The notes under the pieces are model-generated. The model saw nothing but the letters and a program-made list of their open reading frames with translations, was not told where the DNA came from and did not search any database. The position numbers and the translations under genes were made by a program. DNA of 64,000 nucleotides from Bacteroidales bacterium (lineage in GTDB: Bacteria > Bacteroidota > Bacteroidia > Bacteroidales > ML635J-15): positions 633,342-697,341 of the forward strand of contig OY781043.1 of assembly GCA_963676165.1 (NCBI GenBank), read 5' to 3'. This document shows positions 18,517 through 29,156 of this stretch, piece after piece (within the stretch, counting starts at the first letter, position 1; the number at the start of each line of letters is the position of its first letter).

Positions 18517-20075
18517 TACAATTTCGGGCTTAAGTGAACAATTGGGACAAGCATTTCTTCCAATGAAATTCCTCCATGTTGGAAACTGTCTTTATACATT
18601 TTCATGTAATGATTGTAATTGTTCGGATACACAAAATAATCATCTGAAGTTGCAAACACATAGGTTGAGCTAATGTTTGATTTAGGTAAATAGGCTTTTC
18701 TTGGATCAGTAATTTCAAACACTTCCTTTGGGTTATAGTTCAAGCTTCGTCCTTGTTTATACCGCAAGTTCGTTGTTGTGGTTCTTTCTCCAATAATGCG
18801 AATAGGTTGTTGCACACGGATAGAACCATGATCGCTTGTAATCATTACTTCAACATCATTTTCTGCTAATTCCATAAAGAAATCCAATAAGGGTGAATGC
18901 TGAAACCATGATTTCGTGAGTGAACGATATGCTGCCTCATTTTCAGTCAAATCTTTAATCATCTTCATGTCTGTACGAGCATGAGATAACATGTCCACAA
19001 AGTTCACAACAATGGCATTTAGATCATAATTCAATAAGGAGTTTAACCGTGATTGAATTTTTCGAACATACTGTATGTCATGCGCTTTTTCATAATGCAC
19101 AGATTTTTCACTTCCGAAAAATCGCTGAATTAGCTTGTTAAGCATTTCTTCTTCATGCATGTTTTTCCCACCTTCCTCGTGATCATCTTTCCAAAGGTCA
19201 GGATAGATTTTGTCAATTTCTGATGGCATTAAGCCTGAAAACATTGCATTTCTTGCATATTGAGTGGCAGTAGGAATAATGCTAAAATAAGTTTTGTCAC
19301 TTACAACTTTGTATGCTTTTTCCAATAAAGGTTGAAGTGCCTTCCAATGGTCATACCGCAAATTATCTATGACAAAAAGAAACACTTTTTTTCCTTCCTT
19401 CAGCTTAGGGAAAACTGCCCGTTTAAGCAGTTGATGTGACATTAAAGGTTTGTCTTCTTGGTTTGTTTCCAACCATGAGAAGTAATTGTTTTTAATGTAT
19501 CTGGCAAAGGCGGAGTTTGCTTCTTGCTTTTGCATGAGCAAGATTTCATCCATGGTGTTGTCCCCAGAATTCTGCAATTTAATTTCCCAATTGACAAGCT
19601 CTTGATACACCTCATTCCATTCTTGATGACTACGGATATCGTTGAGTTTCATGCCTAACTGACGAAATTGCATTTGATAATCCATGGTAGTTTTTTCACT
19701 TACCAGTCTTTCTGTATCAACGTGCTTCTTTATGCTGAGTAAGATTTGTTTTGGATTGACAGGCTTTATCAAGTAATCAGAAATTCTGCTACCAATGGCT
19801 TCATCCATGATGTTCTCTTCTTCACTTTTCGTGATCATGATAACTGGTGTGGAGGGAGTAATTCGCTTGATTTCTGTCAAGGTTTCCAAACCTGATAATC
19901 CTGGCATATTTTCATCCAGAAAAACCAAATCATAATCTGTGTTTTTAATCTTTTCCAACGCGTCATGACCGTTTGTTGCAGTGTCAACTTTGTATCCTTT
20001 GTGCTCTAAGAAAATAATATGTGGTTTGAGCAGATCAATTTCATCATCTGTCCAAAGTATCTGAATCTTTCTCAT
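18516..20075 (-). CDS. porX: T9SS response regulator PorX (CheY receiver plus PglZ/alkaline-phosphatase domain)
   Basis: Receiver motifs (ILWTDDE...FLDENMPGLSG...ITKSEE) are followed by a roughly 380-aa PglZ-like domain (VIDNLRYDHW...TSDHGS). The 519-aa length matches PorX architecture. Confidence 0.8.
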   Translation of the reverse strand: MRKIQILWTDDEIDLLKPHIIFLEHKGYKVDTATNGHDALEKIKNTDYDLVFLDENMPGLSGLETLTEIKRITPSTPVIMITKSEEENIMDEAIGSRISDYLIKPVNPKQILLSIKKHVDTERLVSEKTTMDYQMQFRQLGMKLNDIRSHQEWNEVYQELVNWEIKLQNSGDNTMDEILLMQKQEANSAFARYIKNNYFSWLETNQEDKPLMSHQLLKRAVFPKLKEGKKVFLFVIDNLRYDHWKALQPLLEKAYKVVSDKTYFSIIPTATQYARNAMFSGLMPSEIDKIYPDLWKDDHEEGGKNMHEEEMLNKLIQRFFGSEKSVHYEKAHDIQYVRKIQSRLNSLLNYDLNAIVVNFVDMLSHARTDMKMIKDLTENEAAYRSLTKSWFQHSPLLDFFMELAENDVEVMITSDHGSIRVQQPIRIIGERTTTTNLRYKQGRSLNYNPKEVFEITDPRKAYLPKSNISSTYVFATSDDYFVYPNNYNHYMKMYKDSFQHGGISLEEMLVPIVHLSPKL

Positions 20076-20108
20076 AAATTCAATCCTTTAAAATGTGAGT
20101 AAATTATT

Positions 20109-22853
20109 TTATTGTACAGGATAGTTCGCTTTATAAAATTTCATATAAAGCTCAATGTCTTTCTCTTTTTTCAGCGTTTCGTAATTGTTTTCTGAAATTA
20201 CAAACTGCACATATTCAACGTCTTCAACTAAGCCGAATACATTTTGATTATTTCGGATTAGTTTCATGTAGTTTATGGATTGTTTGCTGTTTTTGAAAGG
20301 TTTAACGATCACTAAATTTGTGCTTTCCGTGAATAATTGATTGCTGACGCGAAAATTATTCATGTTAAAAGTGAAAATGTTAAAACTCGAAACTTCAAAC
20401 TGTAATTTTTTGACATCAACTTTGTCTTCCAATGTTGCAATGACATAATAGTGTGTGTCGCTACCTATGAAAGTGTATAATTGCTCCGCTATCTCTTCTT
20501 CTGTTATGCTTGTGTCTTGAGGCATTTCATCTGTCGGCAGTTCAGGTGTTGGTCTGCTATTCAAATCAGCAATTAGTGCATCTACATCTGTTTCACCAAG
20601 GTAACCTAGAATTTGCATCGCACGGTTAGAAAGTGGGTCTTCAGGATAGTTTTGAATGAATTCAGCCAAATTCTGTTTAAATGTCAATTGATCAACATCC
20701 AGCGCAGTACTAATGATTTGAATAAATTTCACCTTCGGAGTATATGGGCTTTCCGGATGTTTTTGAATGAATGTTTTCGCCTTACTACTTGCAGAAATTG
20801 TGTTTCCATTTCGGTACATGTCGTATAAGGTTTCGTATTCAACACGCTGAGCATTTTGTTCTTCTGCAAGCTCTTGCAAATAATTTGGATTCTTTAAAAG
20901 CTTAGCAAAGTGGCTTTCCGGGAACATGGACATTACTAATTGCTTGTACGAATTTGCTTTTGTACTATTCCCCGTTTCAGTATATAACTCATACAGATTA
21001 TAGTAAGTTGGAAGTTTGTATTCATGCTCAGGGAAACGGTCATTCAGTTGCTCAAAAGCTAAAATTGATTTGTCATAATCTGTGAATTCTTCGTGATAAA
21101 TTTCTCCCATATCATAAAGTGCTTCTCGAATGTTTTCATTCGATATAGCCATGAGGGAATCTGTTAATGGTAGATCTTGAAGATAGAATGCACGAGATTT
21201 ATTGTCGCTAATGCGAGCTACAGCAGATGAGTCGCTTCCTGCAACACTGTCTTCTTCAGCAAATTCATTGGTTTGAATTACAGATTTGTTGGATCGTCTC
21301 CAATGGTCTTCTAACTTACGCGTTCCCCATTTCTTTTGGAATTCATTTTGTCCAAAACTCAAAGTCGCGGGATTATAAAAATACCATTTTCCTCCGGATG
21401 GGGCATTGACTTGTGACGAACCTCTACGTTCATCAAAAAGCATGGAGTTTTGTTGTCTTTCAAGTTCTGACTCACGTTCACGCTCTTCTTGTTCAATGAC
21501 TTCTTGAATGATTTCATCAATCAAGGCATTTCTGTCCTTTTCTGACATGGAGGCCACCATTTGAAGACTGTCTTCAGTTTCAACAATGTCCATTTGAGTC
21601 ACAAGATCGGTTAAATTTCTTGACAGCACTCGAATTTCATCGTAGCGTGGATGCTCATTGGAAAGATTCATAATGCATGTGTCATAATATGCTTGAGATA
21701 ATCTGTAGTCAGGAATCTCATAATAGATATTACCAAGTTTCATGCATGATATTGCTTTCTGATTATTGTTTGCTATGCTGTTTTCTGATGAGAGTTTATA
21801 ATTCTTAATGGCTTCATCCACATGATTGTTTTTGAGTTCAATCTCAGCTAAGGCGTAATAAACCTGATCTAAATAATCGATGTTTTTATCATCGCGAAGC
21901 ATTTTCGTTAAAAGCTTCTTCATGTCTTTGTAGCTTCCGCCAAGTTTTCCATAACATTCTGCCATGTTAATTTTGGCATTAAAACCCATTTCGTAAGCTG
22001 CATGATTGCTTTTATACACACGCTCAAACATGAGTGCTGCTTTGCGATAATCTTCTTTCTCTTTGTATAGCTGCGCCAGCAAGTATTGATGTCTTACTTT
22101 CTCTTTTTTATTCTTGTTTTTCTTGATGGATTTGTGCAGATGAGGAATGGCAGCATCTTTTTCATCTTGTGTTAAATAAAATGCGGCTTTGAGCATTTCA
22201 ACCTCAGCTTCAAGTTCTTCCGGAAAATCTTTTTCCGCATCAATTTGATCCAACCACTCTCTTGTCATTTTTAAATTATTGGTTGCCAAACTAGTTCTAC
22301 CCATCCAATACATTGCTTCGTACTTAATGTCTTCATTTCTGAATTCACGGATAATGTATTCGAAATTTTGTCTGGCAGGCAGAAACTCAGTTTTCATGAA
22401 GTAGGCTTTTCCCATGAGTAAATAGGAGTCATCAACCCACCTGTTATACTCATTTTTTTCCATGAATTTGCGTTGCTTTTTGCTGAGTTTGCCTCCTTTT
22501 TGTTTTGGTTTGGCTTTGATTGAGTGGTATTTGATGGTTTTGGATGCCTTTTTAATGGCATTGTCCATTTCACCGGCAACACTTGATGCCGTTTCTTCTG
22601 TTCCTAAAATGTAAATCGGAAGTGGTCGGGTAAAGTCGTCGCTGTGCTGATCTTCAACACGTTTAACGCCTTTACGGAAAGCTTCACGTCCATTGAAATA
22701 TACATTGTAATGCGCTGTAATGTTGTGATAAGATCTGTTCACAAAGGTGTTTTTCTCTGTTGAACATCCTATGCTCAACAGAATTAAAACTGCTATTGCA
22801 ATACTATGTGGACGATATTTTTTCAAGTTATTTTGTTTTACATTAAAACTCAA
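20109..22853 (-). CDS. sprE: TPR-repeat lipoprotein, SprE/PorW-like T9SS component
   Basis: Lipobox (LLSIGC), then STEKNTFVNRSYHNITAHYNVYFNG, which as I recall resembles the conserved N-terminus of SprE/PorW. Multiple TPR-like repeats, 914 aa, adjacent to porX. Confidence 0.6.
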   Translation of the reverse strand: MSFNVKQNNLKKYRPHSIAIAVLILLSIGCSTEKNTFVNRSYHNITAHYNVYFNGREAFRKGVKRVEDQHSDDFTRPLPIYILGTEETASSVAGEMDNAIKKASKTIKYHSIKAKPKQKGGKLSKKQRKFMEKNEYNRWVDDSYLLMGKAYFMKTEFLPARQNFEYIIREFRNEDIKYEAMYWMGRTSLATNNLKMTREWLDQIDAEKDFPEELEAEVEMLKAAFYLTQDEKDAAIPHLHKSIKKNKNKKEKVRHQYLLAQLYKEKEDYRKAALMFERVYKSNHAAYEMGFNAKINMAECYGKLGGSYKDMKKLLTKMLRDDKNIDYLDQVYYALAEIELKNNHVDEAIKNYKLSSENSIANNNQKAISCMKLGNIYYEIPDYRLSQAYYDTCIMNLSNEHPRYDEIRVLSRNLTDLVTQMDIVETEDSLQMVASMSEKDRNALIDEIIQEVIEQEERERESELERQQNSMLFDERRGSSQVNAPSGGKWYFYNPATLSFGQNEFQKKWGTRKLEDHWRRSNKSVIQTNEFAEEDSVAGSDSSAVARISDNKSRAFYLQDLPLTDSLMAISNENIREALYDMGEIYHEEFTDYDKSILAFEQLNDRFPEHEYKLPTYYNLYELYTETGNSTKANSYKQLVMSMFPESHFAKLLKNPNYLQELAEEQNAQRVEYETLYDMYRNGNTISASSKAKTFIQKHPESPYTPKVKFIQIISTALDVDQLTFKQNLAEFIQNYPEDPLSNRAMQILGYLGETDVDALIADLNSRPTPELPTDEMPQDTSITEEEIAEQLYTFIGSDTHYYVIATLEDKVDVKKLQFEVSSFNIFTFNMNNFRVSNQLFTESTNLVIVKPFKNSKQSINYMKLIRNNQNVFGLVEDVEYVQFVISENNYETLKKEKDIELYMKFYKANYPVQ

Positions 22854-22878
22854 AAATAACAGCTTTATTATTTAAAAA

Positions 22879-24720
22879 CTACTCAACTGTCACAGATTTT
22901 GCAAGATTTCTTGGTTGATCCACGTTACACCCTCTCATTACTGCAATGTAGTAAGAAATTAATTGCAGAGGAATAACAGAAAGAAGTGGAGCCAATGCAA
23001 AGTCTGACGCAGGAACTTCAATCACATGATCGGCCATTTTACTAATGGTGTCATCTCCTTCGGTAACAATCGCGATAATTGTGCCTTTTCTTGCTTTCAC
23101 TTCCTGAATGTTGCTGACAATCTTTTCGTACGATTTGTCTTTTGTTGCAACAACGACAACAGGCATATTTTCATCAATTAGAGCAATTGGTCCATGTTTC
23201 ATTTCAGCTGCAGGATAACCTTCTGCATGAATGTAGGAGATCTCTTTCAATTTCAAAGCTCCTTCCATAGCAACAGGATACAAATATCCACGACCGAGAT
23301 ACAATGCATTGCTTGCATCTTTATACAGTTCGCTAATTGCTTTTATATGGTCAGCTTTTGTTAAAATTGATGCAATCTTATCTGGAATGAGTGCTAATTC
23401 TTCAATTAAGTTTGCATATTCTTTGTCAGAAAGTGCTTTATTGCATTTACCGATTTGCATAGCAATCATTGTCAGTACGGTAACTTGGGCAGTAAATGCT
23501 TTTGTGGAAGCAACCCCAATTTCCGGACCTGCATGTGTGTAAACACCTCCATCAGTGGCTCTTGGAATACTTGATCCAACAACGTTGCAAATGCCAAGAA
23601 CTGTTGCGCCTTTTGCTTTGGCAGATTCAATAGCTGCTAATGTGTCTGCAGTTTCACCACTTTGACTGATTGCGATGACAACATCGTCTTTGTATATAAC
23701 AGGGTCGCGATAACGGAATTCACTTGCATATTCTACCTCTGTTGGGATGCGAGCAAATTCTTCAATTAAATATTCTCCAACTAAACCTGCATGATAACTT
23801 GTTCCACAAGCAATGATGATAATGCGTTTGGCGTTTAGAATAGCCTCCATATTATCATGCAATCCCCCAAGACGAAGTTCTTTTGTTGCAGGATTTATTC
23901 TTCCTCTGAATGTGTCAGTAATGGATCTGGGTTGTTCATGAATTTCTTTGAGCATATAGTGCTCATAACCAGATTTTTCAATTTCATCAACATCCAACTC
24001 CAGTTTATGTACAATAGGTTTTTTTTCTCCTTCTTTTGTTGTGAGGTTTTTAAGGTTTAGACCTTTTTTCCCAATCACAGCCATATCGTTATCCTGAAGG
24101 TAGATGACGGATTTTGTATGCTCAACAATAGGGGTTGCATCACTTGCTAAAAAGTACTCTCCGGAACCGACACCAATCACAAGTGGGCTTCCTTTACGGA
24201 CAGCAATAAGGTGGTCTTTTTCATCTGCACAGGCAATTACAAGACCATAAGCGCCAACAACTTTTGACAAAGCAAGTTCAACTGCCGTAACAGCATCTAC
24301 ATTCCCTTTGAGATAAATGTATTCAATGAGATTTGCCAAAACTTCAGTGTCTGTTTCGCTTTGAAAAGCGTAACCGCGTTTTTCCAGCTTATCTTTTAAG
24401 CGAGTATAGTTCTCAATAATACCATTATGAATAATGATGAACTTACCGTTCATACTTGTATGCGGATGTGCATTCACATTGTTTGGTTCACCATGTGTTG
24501 CCCAACGTGTATGTCCTAATCCTATAGTACCATGTGTGCTGTGATCTTTAACTTCGTTTTCAAGATCAGACACTTTTCCCTGACATTTATAAATGTTACA
24601 TTTGTCATTCAATAAGGCAATACCGGCAGAATCATATCCCCGGTATTCCAAGCGTTTTAAACCTTTTATAAGAATTGGGTAGGCTTGTTTTTCCCCAATG
24701 TATCCGACAATTCCACACAT
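22879..24720 (-). CDS. glmS: glutamine--fructose-6-phosphate aminotransferase
   Basis: MCGIVGYIG N-terminal nucleophile, two SIS domains and the C-terminus NLAKSVTVE. Confidence 0.95.
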   Translation of the reverse strand: MCGIVGYIGEKQAYPILIKGLKRLEYRGYDSAGIALLNDKCNIYKCQGKVSDLENEVKDHSTHGTIGLGHTRWATHGEPNNVNAHPHTSMNGKFIIIHNGIIENYTRLKDKLEKRGYAFQSETDTEVLANLIEYIYLKGNVDAVTAVELALSKVVGAYGLVIACADEKDHLIAVRKGSPLVIGVGSGEYFLASDATPIVEHTKSVIYLQDNDMAVIGKKGLNLKNLTTKEGEKKPIVHKLELDVDEIEKSGYEHYMLKEIHEQPRSITDTFRGRINPATKELRLGGLHDNMEAILNAKRIIIIACGTSYHAGLVGEYLIEEFARIPTEVEYASEFRYRDPVIYKDDVVIAISQSGETADTLAAIESAKAKGATVLGICNVVGSSIPRATDGGVYTHAGPEIGVASTKAFTAQVTVLTMIAMQIGKCNKALSDKEYANLIEELALIPDKIASILTKADHIKAISELYKDASNALYLGRGYLYPVAMEGALKLKEISYIHAEGYPAAEMKHGPIALIDENMPVVVVATKDKSYEKIVSNIQEVKARKGTIIAIVTEGDDTISKMADHVIEVPASDFALAPLLSVIPLQLISYYIAVMRGCNVDQPRNLAKSVTVE

Positions 24721-24738
24721 AGTTAAGTCAGCTTTTTA

Positions 24739-26010
24739 TTAAAAATCAGATGTAATAATCTTAATTTGCAGTGGATGAATTGGATGAGAACCTCCGTAAA
24801 TTGCGCAATAACTTGCACTGGTTCTGTTACTTAATGCAAACATTGATAAATAATTGTCAACATATAAGTTTTCAGACAATAAGTCCTGCAAATACAATGG
24901 AATATTAAAAGTAAATGTGGCGTCGTCTTCATTATAAACACCACCAAAATGGTCAGAGCTTACTTTGTAATCAGTTAAAAATTCAAAAAGGTCATTTTCG
25001 TTTTTATAAACTAAAGCAAGTTGCCCTGGTATTTCTGTTGAGTTAAAATATTCTTCTGCAACTGTAACTTGCAGTTGCGCACGATTTATTCCTTTGTTAA
25101 TGAGCTGGTTTAATTGAGCAGTGTCTTCAACTCGTAGCTCGACTTTTAACCCTGCTGCAGATTGAATGAAAGCAAACTCATTATTCTCGCTCGGATTGTT
25201 TATTGCATCCAATAACTCTGGAGATGCACTGCTGTAATCATGTTCAAACATGTTTATGCGCACTGCAGTTGAGTTGATTAAGAAATCGTAAGTTAAACTG
25301 TCATTGTAATACATTAGAAGTCTTGAGTCTTCAGATGTTAAATTGAAATATGAAATACAACCTCCGCTACCAACTTGTGGCACAGCTTCTAAATACAAGC
25401 CTCTGAAAGCTTCTTTAAAGCCGTCTTCGTCAGTGTAGATGCTGTTATTGTTGAAAAAACTCAAAAAATCAGTGTCTTCAATTGCAAAGGCAATTGTGTC
25501 ATCACCCGGTCTTGGAGTAAAGCTGTATTCCCCAAGTAATGTCAGGTTTGTACTTGGATTTTCAATTTCGTAATCGCTGTAATAAGTTGAGTCAATATCA
25601 AAGTCAGTTTCGTTGATTTGGTACAGCTTGAAATTTATATTTTGTGTTGTGTCTCCAAAATATCCACCATAATTAAGAATGAGGGACATAGAATCTACAC
25701 TAATTTCGGTGTCGTTACTCACATTTCCAGTTGACAATGTTACCTGACTGATGAATGAAGCATTGGTTAATCCAAAGAAATCATCTTGATACGAGCCAAG
25801 TAAGCTCAAACTTCGTTCGTCACTAGCAATGCTGCTGTCTTTTACTGTTCTTGTAAAAACGGTAAGGCTGTCAGTTGCCAGGATAATTTTATCTGAACCG
25901 GGTTGCAGTCCTACTCCAATATCTGACGGGTCCTTCTCACATGCTGTAAAACTCAATATCAAACCAAGAATGAGTCCTGAAATGATAATTGCCGGTTTTG
26001 TATTTCTCAT
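24739..26010 (-). CDS. lipoprotein, DUF4270-like
   Basis: Lipobox (LSFTAC). 423 aa. The position between the glycogen-synthase-like gene and glmS matches the conserved Bacteroidota arrangement as I recall it. Confidence 0.5.
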   Translation of the reverse strand: MRNTKPAIIISGLILGLILSFTACEKDPSDIGVGLQPGSDKIILATDSLTVFTRTVKDSSIASDERSLSLLGSYQDDFFGLTNASFISQVTLSTGNVSNDTEISVDSMSLILNYGGYFGDTTQNINFKLYQINETDFDIDSTYYSDYEIENPSTNLTLLGEYSFTPRPGDDTIAFAIEDTDFLSFFNNNSIYTDEDGFKEAFRGLYLEAVPQVGSGGCISYFNLTSEDSRLLMYYNDSLTYDFLINSTAVRINMFEHDYSSASPELLDAINNPSENNEFAFIQSAAGLKVELRVEDTAQLNQLINKGINRAQLQVTVAEEYFNSTEIPGQLALVYKNENDLFEFLTDYKVSSDHFGGVYNEDDATFTFNIPLYLQDLLSENLYVDNYLSMFALSNRTSASYCAIYGGSHPIHPLQIKIITSDF

Positions 26011-26028
26011 AAAAATAGTTTTGCCTCT

Positions 26029-26826
26029 TTAAATGTTATCATAAAACTCTGAATATCTTTCAACGTAGTTTTCTTCGTCTTGGTATTCAAGTAGAGGTTT
26101 TTTTGTTGATTTTGCGTATTCGATTAACTCTGGAGCGACATTTTCGTTGCCTACAATAATTGCATCTGAGTTGTCAATAGCCAGTTTGTTAAGATTGATA
26201 TAATCTGCTTTCTTGAGAACATCAAGGTCTGATTTTTCAATGCCTTCAAAAAGTGCTGTACTTGTAATGTTTGAATTTAAATCGTTTTTGAAATCATTAT
26301 CATACAATGAGTAAACAATTTTTAGATCGCTGAAAAGAGGATCGTCTTTGTATGATTTTTTCAGGTAAAGTGGCACAAAGGCAGAGAACCAACCATGTAC
26401 ATGAACAATGTCAGGGCTCCAGCAAAGTTTTTTTACTGTCTCAATTACTCCTCTGGCATAGAAAATTGCACGTTTGTCATTGTCTTCAAATTCCACTCCG
26501 CTTTTGTCTGTCGTTACAGCTTTGCGGTGGAAAAAGTCTTCATTGTCAATGAAATACACCTGCATTCTGGCAGCTTGAATTGATGCTACTTTAATGATAA
26601 GTGGGTGATCATAATCTTCAATAATCAGGTTCATTCCAGAAAGTCTAATGACTTCATGAAGCTGATTTCTCCTTTCGTTTATGTTGCCGAAACGAGGCAT
26701 GAATGTTCGTATTTCTTTTCCTGCTTCCTGAATGCCTTGAGGCAAATAACGACCAATTTTAGACATGTGGGTTTCAGGTAGGTAGGGTGTGATTTCCTGT
26801 GCAACGAATAATACTTTTTGCTTCAT
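26029..26826 (-). CDS. glycogen/starch synthase-like protein (GT5 N-terminal domain only)
   Basis: KVLFVAQEITPY...HVHGWFSAFVPLYLK resembles the GlgA N-terminal domain. It is only 265 aa long. Confidence 0.65.
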   Translation of the reverse strand: MKQKVLFVAQEITPYLPETHMSKIGRYLPQGIQEAGKEIRTFMPRFGNINERRNQLHEVIRLSGMNLIIEDYDHPLIIKVASIQAARMQVYFIDNEDFFHRKAVTTDKSGVEFEDNDKRAIFYARGVIETVKKLCWSPDIVHVHGWFSAFVPLYLKKSYKDDPLFSDLKIVYSLYDNDFKNDLNSNITSTALFEGIEKSDLDVLKKADYINLNKLAIDNSDAIIVGNENVAPELIEYAKSTKKPLLEYQDEENYVERYSEFYDNI

Positions 26827-26851
26827 GATATAACATATTGATATGTGGTTA

Positions 26852-26859
26852 CAAAAGTA
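26852..26859 (-). promoter_or_regulatory. candidate -7 box (TACTTTTG on the minus strand) for the glgA-like to tsaE gene string
   Basis: Plus-strand CAAAAGTA is the reverse complement of TAnnTTTG. It lies 26 nt upstream of the ATG at 26826. Confidence 0.3.
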
Positions 26860-26932
26860 AACATTTTTCCGCTAATATGCAATTTGCTTGCTTATCGACA
26901 GTTTTATCTGTCAAATTTCATGTTTTGACAAT

Positions 26933-26940
26933 TAAATTTG
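26933..26940 (+). promoter_or_regulatory. candidate -7 box TAAATTTG for panC
   Basis: Matches TAnnTTTG and lies 44 nt upstream of the ATG at 26984. Confidence 0.3.
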
Positions 26941-26983
26941 GGAAACATCTTTGAAAGGAATTATCTTTACTGAAAATTTAATT

Positions 26984-27841
26984 ATGAAAATAGTTAGCAA
27001 TAATTCAGAGCTTGATTCGCTTGTGTTTGAATGGAAATCACTAGGGTATAAGGTTGGTTTTGTGCCTACTATGGGAGCTTTACATCAGGGACATATGAGC
27101 CTTGTTCGGTTGTCACGATCAGATAACCCAAAAACAATTGTCTCAATTTTTGTCAATCCGACTCAGTTTAACGATACGAAAGATTTGGAAAAATATCCAC
27201 GCACGCCAGAAGCTGATGTGTCAATGCTGGAGAATGAAGGTGTTGACCTTGTGTTTTATCCAGAAGTTGAGACCATTTATCCTGATAAGAATTTACATGA
27301 ATTTAATTTAGATGGATTGGATTTGCCAATGGAAGGTAAATTTCGTCCCGGACATTTTGATGGTGTTGCTGACGTTGTCTATCGTTTGTTTTCTATGGTG
27401 AAGCCTGATAGAGCATATTTTGGAGAAAAGGATTATCAGCAGTTGAAGATTATTCAGCAAATGACGAAGGATGCCAATTTGCCTGTTGAAATTCATTCCG
27501 GGGATATTATTCGAGAGGCTGATGGACTGGCGATGAGTTCACGAAATGTTCGGTTAAGCGAGGATGAACGAATGCATGCCAATCAGATATTTGCAATCCT
27601 AAAAGCTTTTGATTCAGATAAATTCCAGAATTCGCCCAAACAGGGAGAAAAGTATCTTGAAGAAAAACTTAATGCGATTAAACATTTGAAAACAGAATAT
27701 GTTTCTATAGTAGAAGATGAGACAATGAAAGAGCCTGATAGTCTGCTTAATGATGTGTCCTACAGAATTTGTGTGGCTGTTTGGTGTGGAGATGTGCGTC
27801 TCATTGATAATTTGCGATTTGTTATTTCAAATAATTATTAA
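26984..27841 (+). CDS. panC: pantoate--beta-alanine ligase
   Basis: [15 protein letters not shown] and FGEKDYQQ motifs. The start is taken at MKIVSN (26984). Confidence 0.9.
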   Translation: MKIVSNNSELDSLVFEWKSLGYKVGFVPTMGALHQGHMSLVRLSRSDNPKTIVSIFVNPTQFNDTKDLEKYPRTPEADVSMLENEGVDLVFYPEVETIYPDKNLHEFNLDGLDLPMEGKFRPGHFDGVADVVYRLFSMVKPDRAYFGEKDYQQLKIIQQMTKDANLPVEIHSGDIIREADGLAMSSRNVRLSEDERMHANQIFAILKAFDSDKFQNSPKQGEKYLEEKLNAIKHLKTEYVSIVEDETMKEPDSLLNDVSYRICVAVWCGDVRLIDNLRFVISNNY

Positions 27842-27867
27842 CTTTGTCGCCTACAAAAAACGTATCT

Positions 27868-28218
27868 ATGTTTATCGAAGTTGTAAAATCAAAAATTCAT
27901 AAAGTCACTGTCACAGAGGCAAATTTGCAGTATGTTGGCAGCATTACCATTGACGAAGATTTGATGGATGCAAGTAACATTATTGAAAATGAGAAAGTTC
28001 AAGTTGTCAATATCAATAATGGTGAGCGTCTGGAGACATACGTAATTAAAGGGGAAAGAGGGTCTGGTGTAATTGCATTGAATGGACCTGCTGCCCGAAA
28101 AGCCACAGTAGGAGATGTTGTGATTATTATTTCTTATGCTTCAATGGATTTTGAAGAAGCTAAGCATTTTAAACCACAATTTATTTTCCCTAATGTTGCT
28201 GATAATACCATCGATTAG
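27868..28218 (+). CDS. panD: aspartate 1-decarboxylase
   Basis: [29 protein letters not shown] contains the G-S self-processing site. The ATG is at 27868. Confidence 0.9.
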   Translation: MFIEVVKSKIHKVTVTEANLQYVGSITIDEDLMDASNIIENEKVQVVNINNGERLETYVIKGERGSGVIALNGPAARKATVGDVVIIISYASMDFEEAKHFKPQFIFPNVADNTID

Positions 28219-28220
28219 CA

Positions 28221-28703
28221 ATGAAAAAGCTTGAACATATCGAGCAAAAAATATTGACAGGTGATCGCCTTGAGCATTGGTTGAAAACAGAACGTCCATC
28301 CTTGGAGAAGTTGGTATTTACCAATGGTTGTTTTGATATTATTCATCGTGGTCATGTAACATATTTGGCAAACGCTGCAGATTTAGGTAGCCATTTTATT
28401 GTTGCACTAAATACGGATGCTTCTGTTTCCCGATTAAAAGGAGAAAACAGGCCTGTGCAGGATGAATACACGAGAGCTCTTGTTATGGCTGCTTTTGAGT
28501 TTGTTGATTATGTGTGCTTTTTTGGTGAGGATACCCCTTTGCGAGTTATTCAGGAAATGCTTCCTGACGTGTTAGTTAAGGGTGGGGATTATGAAGTTGA
28601 AAAAATTGTCGGTTATCAAGAAGTCGTGAATGCTGGTGGTGTCGTGAAAACCATAGATTTTGTTTCTGGGTTTTCTAGTACTTCTGTTTTAAAATCGATT
28701 TAG
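28221..28703 (+). CDS. cytidylyltransferase-like protein (RfaE domain II type; D-beta-D-heptose 1-phosphate adenylyltransferase-like)
   Basis: FTNGCFDIIHRGHVTYL (HxGH motif). 160 aa. Confidence 0.75.
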   Translation: MKKLEHIEQKILTGDRLEHWLKTERPSLEKLVFTNGCFDIIHRGHVTYLANAADLGSHFIVALNTDASVSRLKGENRPVQDEYTRALVMAAFEFVDYVCFFGEDTPLRVIQEMLPDVLVKGGDYEVEKIVGYQEVVNAGGVVKTIDFVSGFSSTSVLKSI

Positions 28704-28718
28704 TAAACAAAAATTGTT

Positions 28719-28726
28719 TATATTTG
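28719..28726 (+). promoter_or_regulatory. candidate -7 box TATATTTG
   Basis: Matches TAnnTTTG and lies 23 nt upstream of the ATG at 28749. Confidence 0.3.
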
Positions 28727-28748
28727 TCTCAATACCAAAAATATAATT

Positions 28749-29156
28749 ATGCTGAAACGTATTTTAACCATTAGTTTAATTGCAATTGTTGCCACAATGG
28801 CAATGACGTCTTGTAGTAAAGTAGAGAATAAAATTGGTCGTGCTTGGCTAAAAGAAAGTATGATGGCTGAAGATCCTGCTGAAATTATTTGGGATTTTCA
28901 AGATGGCGGTACTTTAGTTCGCATGTATAATGCAGGTGAAATTGTGGATACTGCTTATTACACCATTGAAAAGCAAACCTTATTTACTGCAATTAAAATT
29001 ATTGAAGCAGAAACTTGGCCTGGTAATACAGATCCAAACGGTTTCTTTAGAGTGGATGAAATTTCCGATGACAAACTCGTGCTTACACGTTACGAGATGC
29101 TCGACGAATCAACCGACGGAGCTTATTTGCGTAGAGAATTTGTGAGTCTTGATTAA
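28749..29156 (+). CDS. hypothetical lipoprotein
   Basis: Lipobox (MAMTSC). 135 aa. Its stop overlaps the radA ATG (TAATG). Confidence 0.5.
   Translation: MLKRILTISLIAIVATMAMTSCSKVENKIGRAWLKESMMAEDPAEIIWDFQDGGTLVRMYNAGEIVDTAYYTIEKQTLFTAIKIIEAETWPGNTDPNGFFRVDEISDDKLVLTRYEMLDESTDGAYLRREFVSLD

Noticed and set aside
18516-20075. A PglZ domain protein as a possible BREX or other phage-defence component.
   Set aside because: The architecture (N-terminal CheY receiver plus PglZ, about 520 aa) and the location next to an sprE/porW-like gene match the T9SS regulator PorX. No BREX partner genes (methyltransferase, BrxC, BrxL) are nearby.
24721-24738. Looked for a glmS ribozyme upstream of glmS.
   Set aside because: Only 18 nt separate glmS from the preceding gene, so there is no room for the roughly 170-nt ribozyme.
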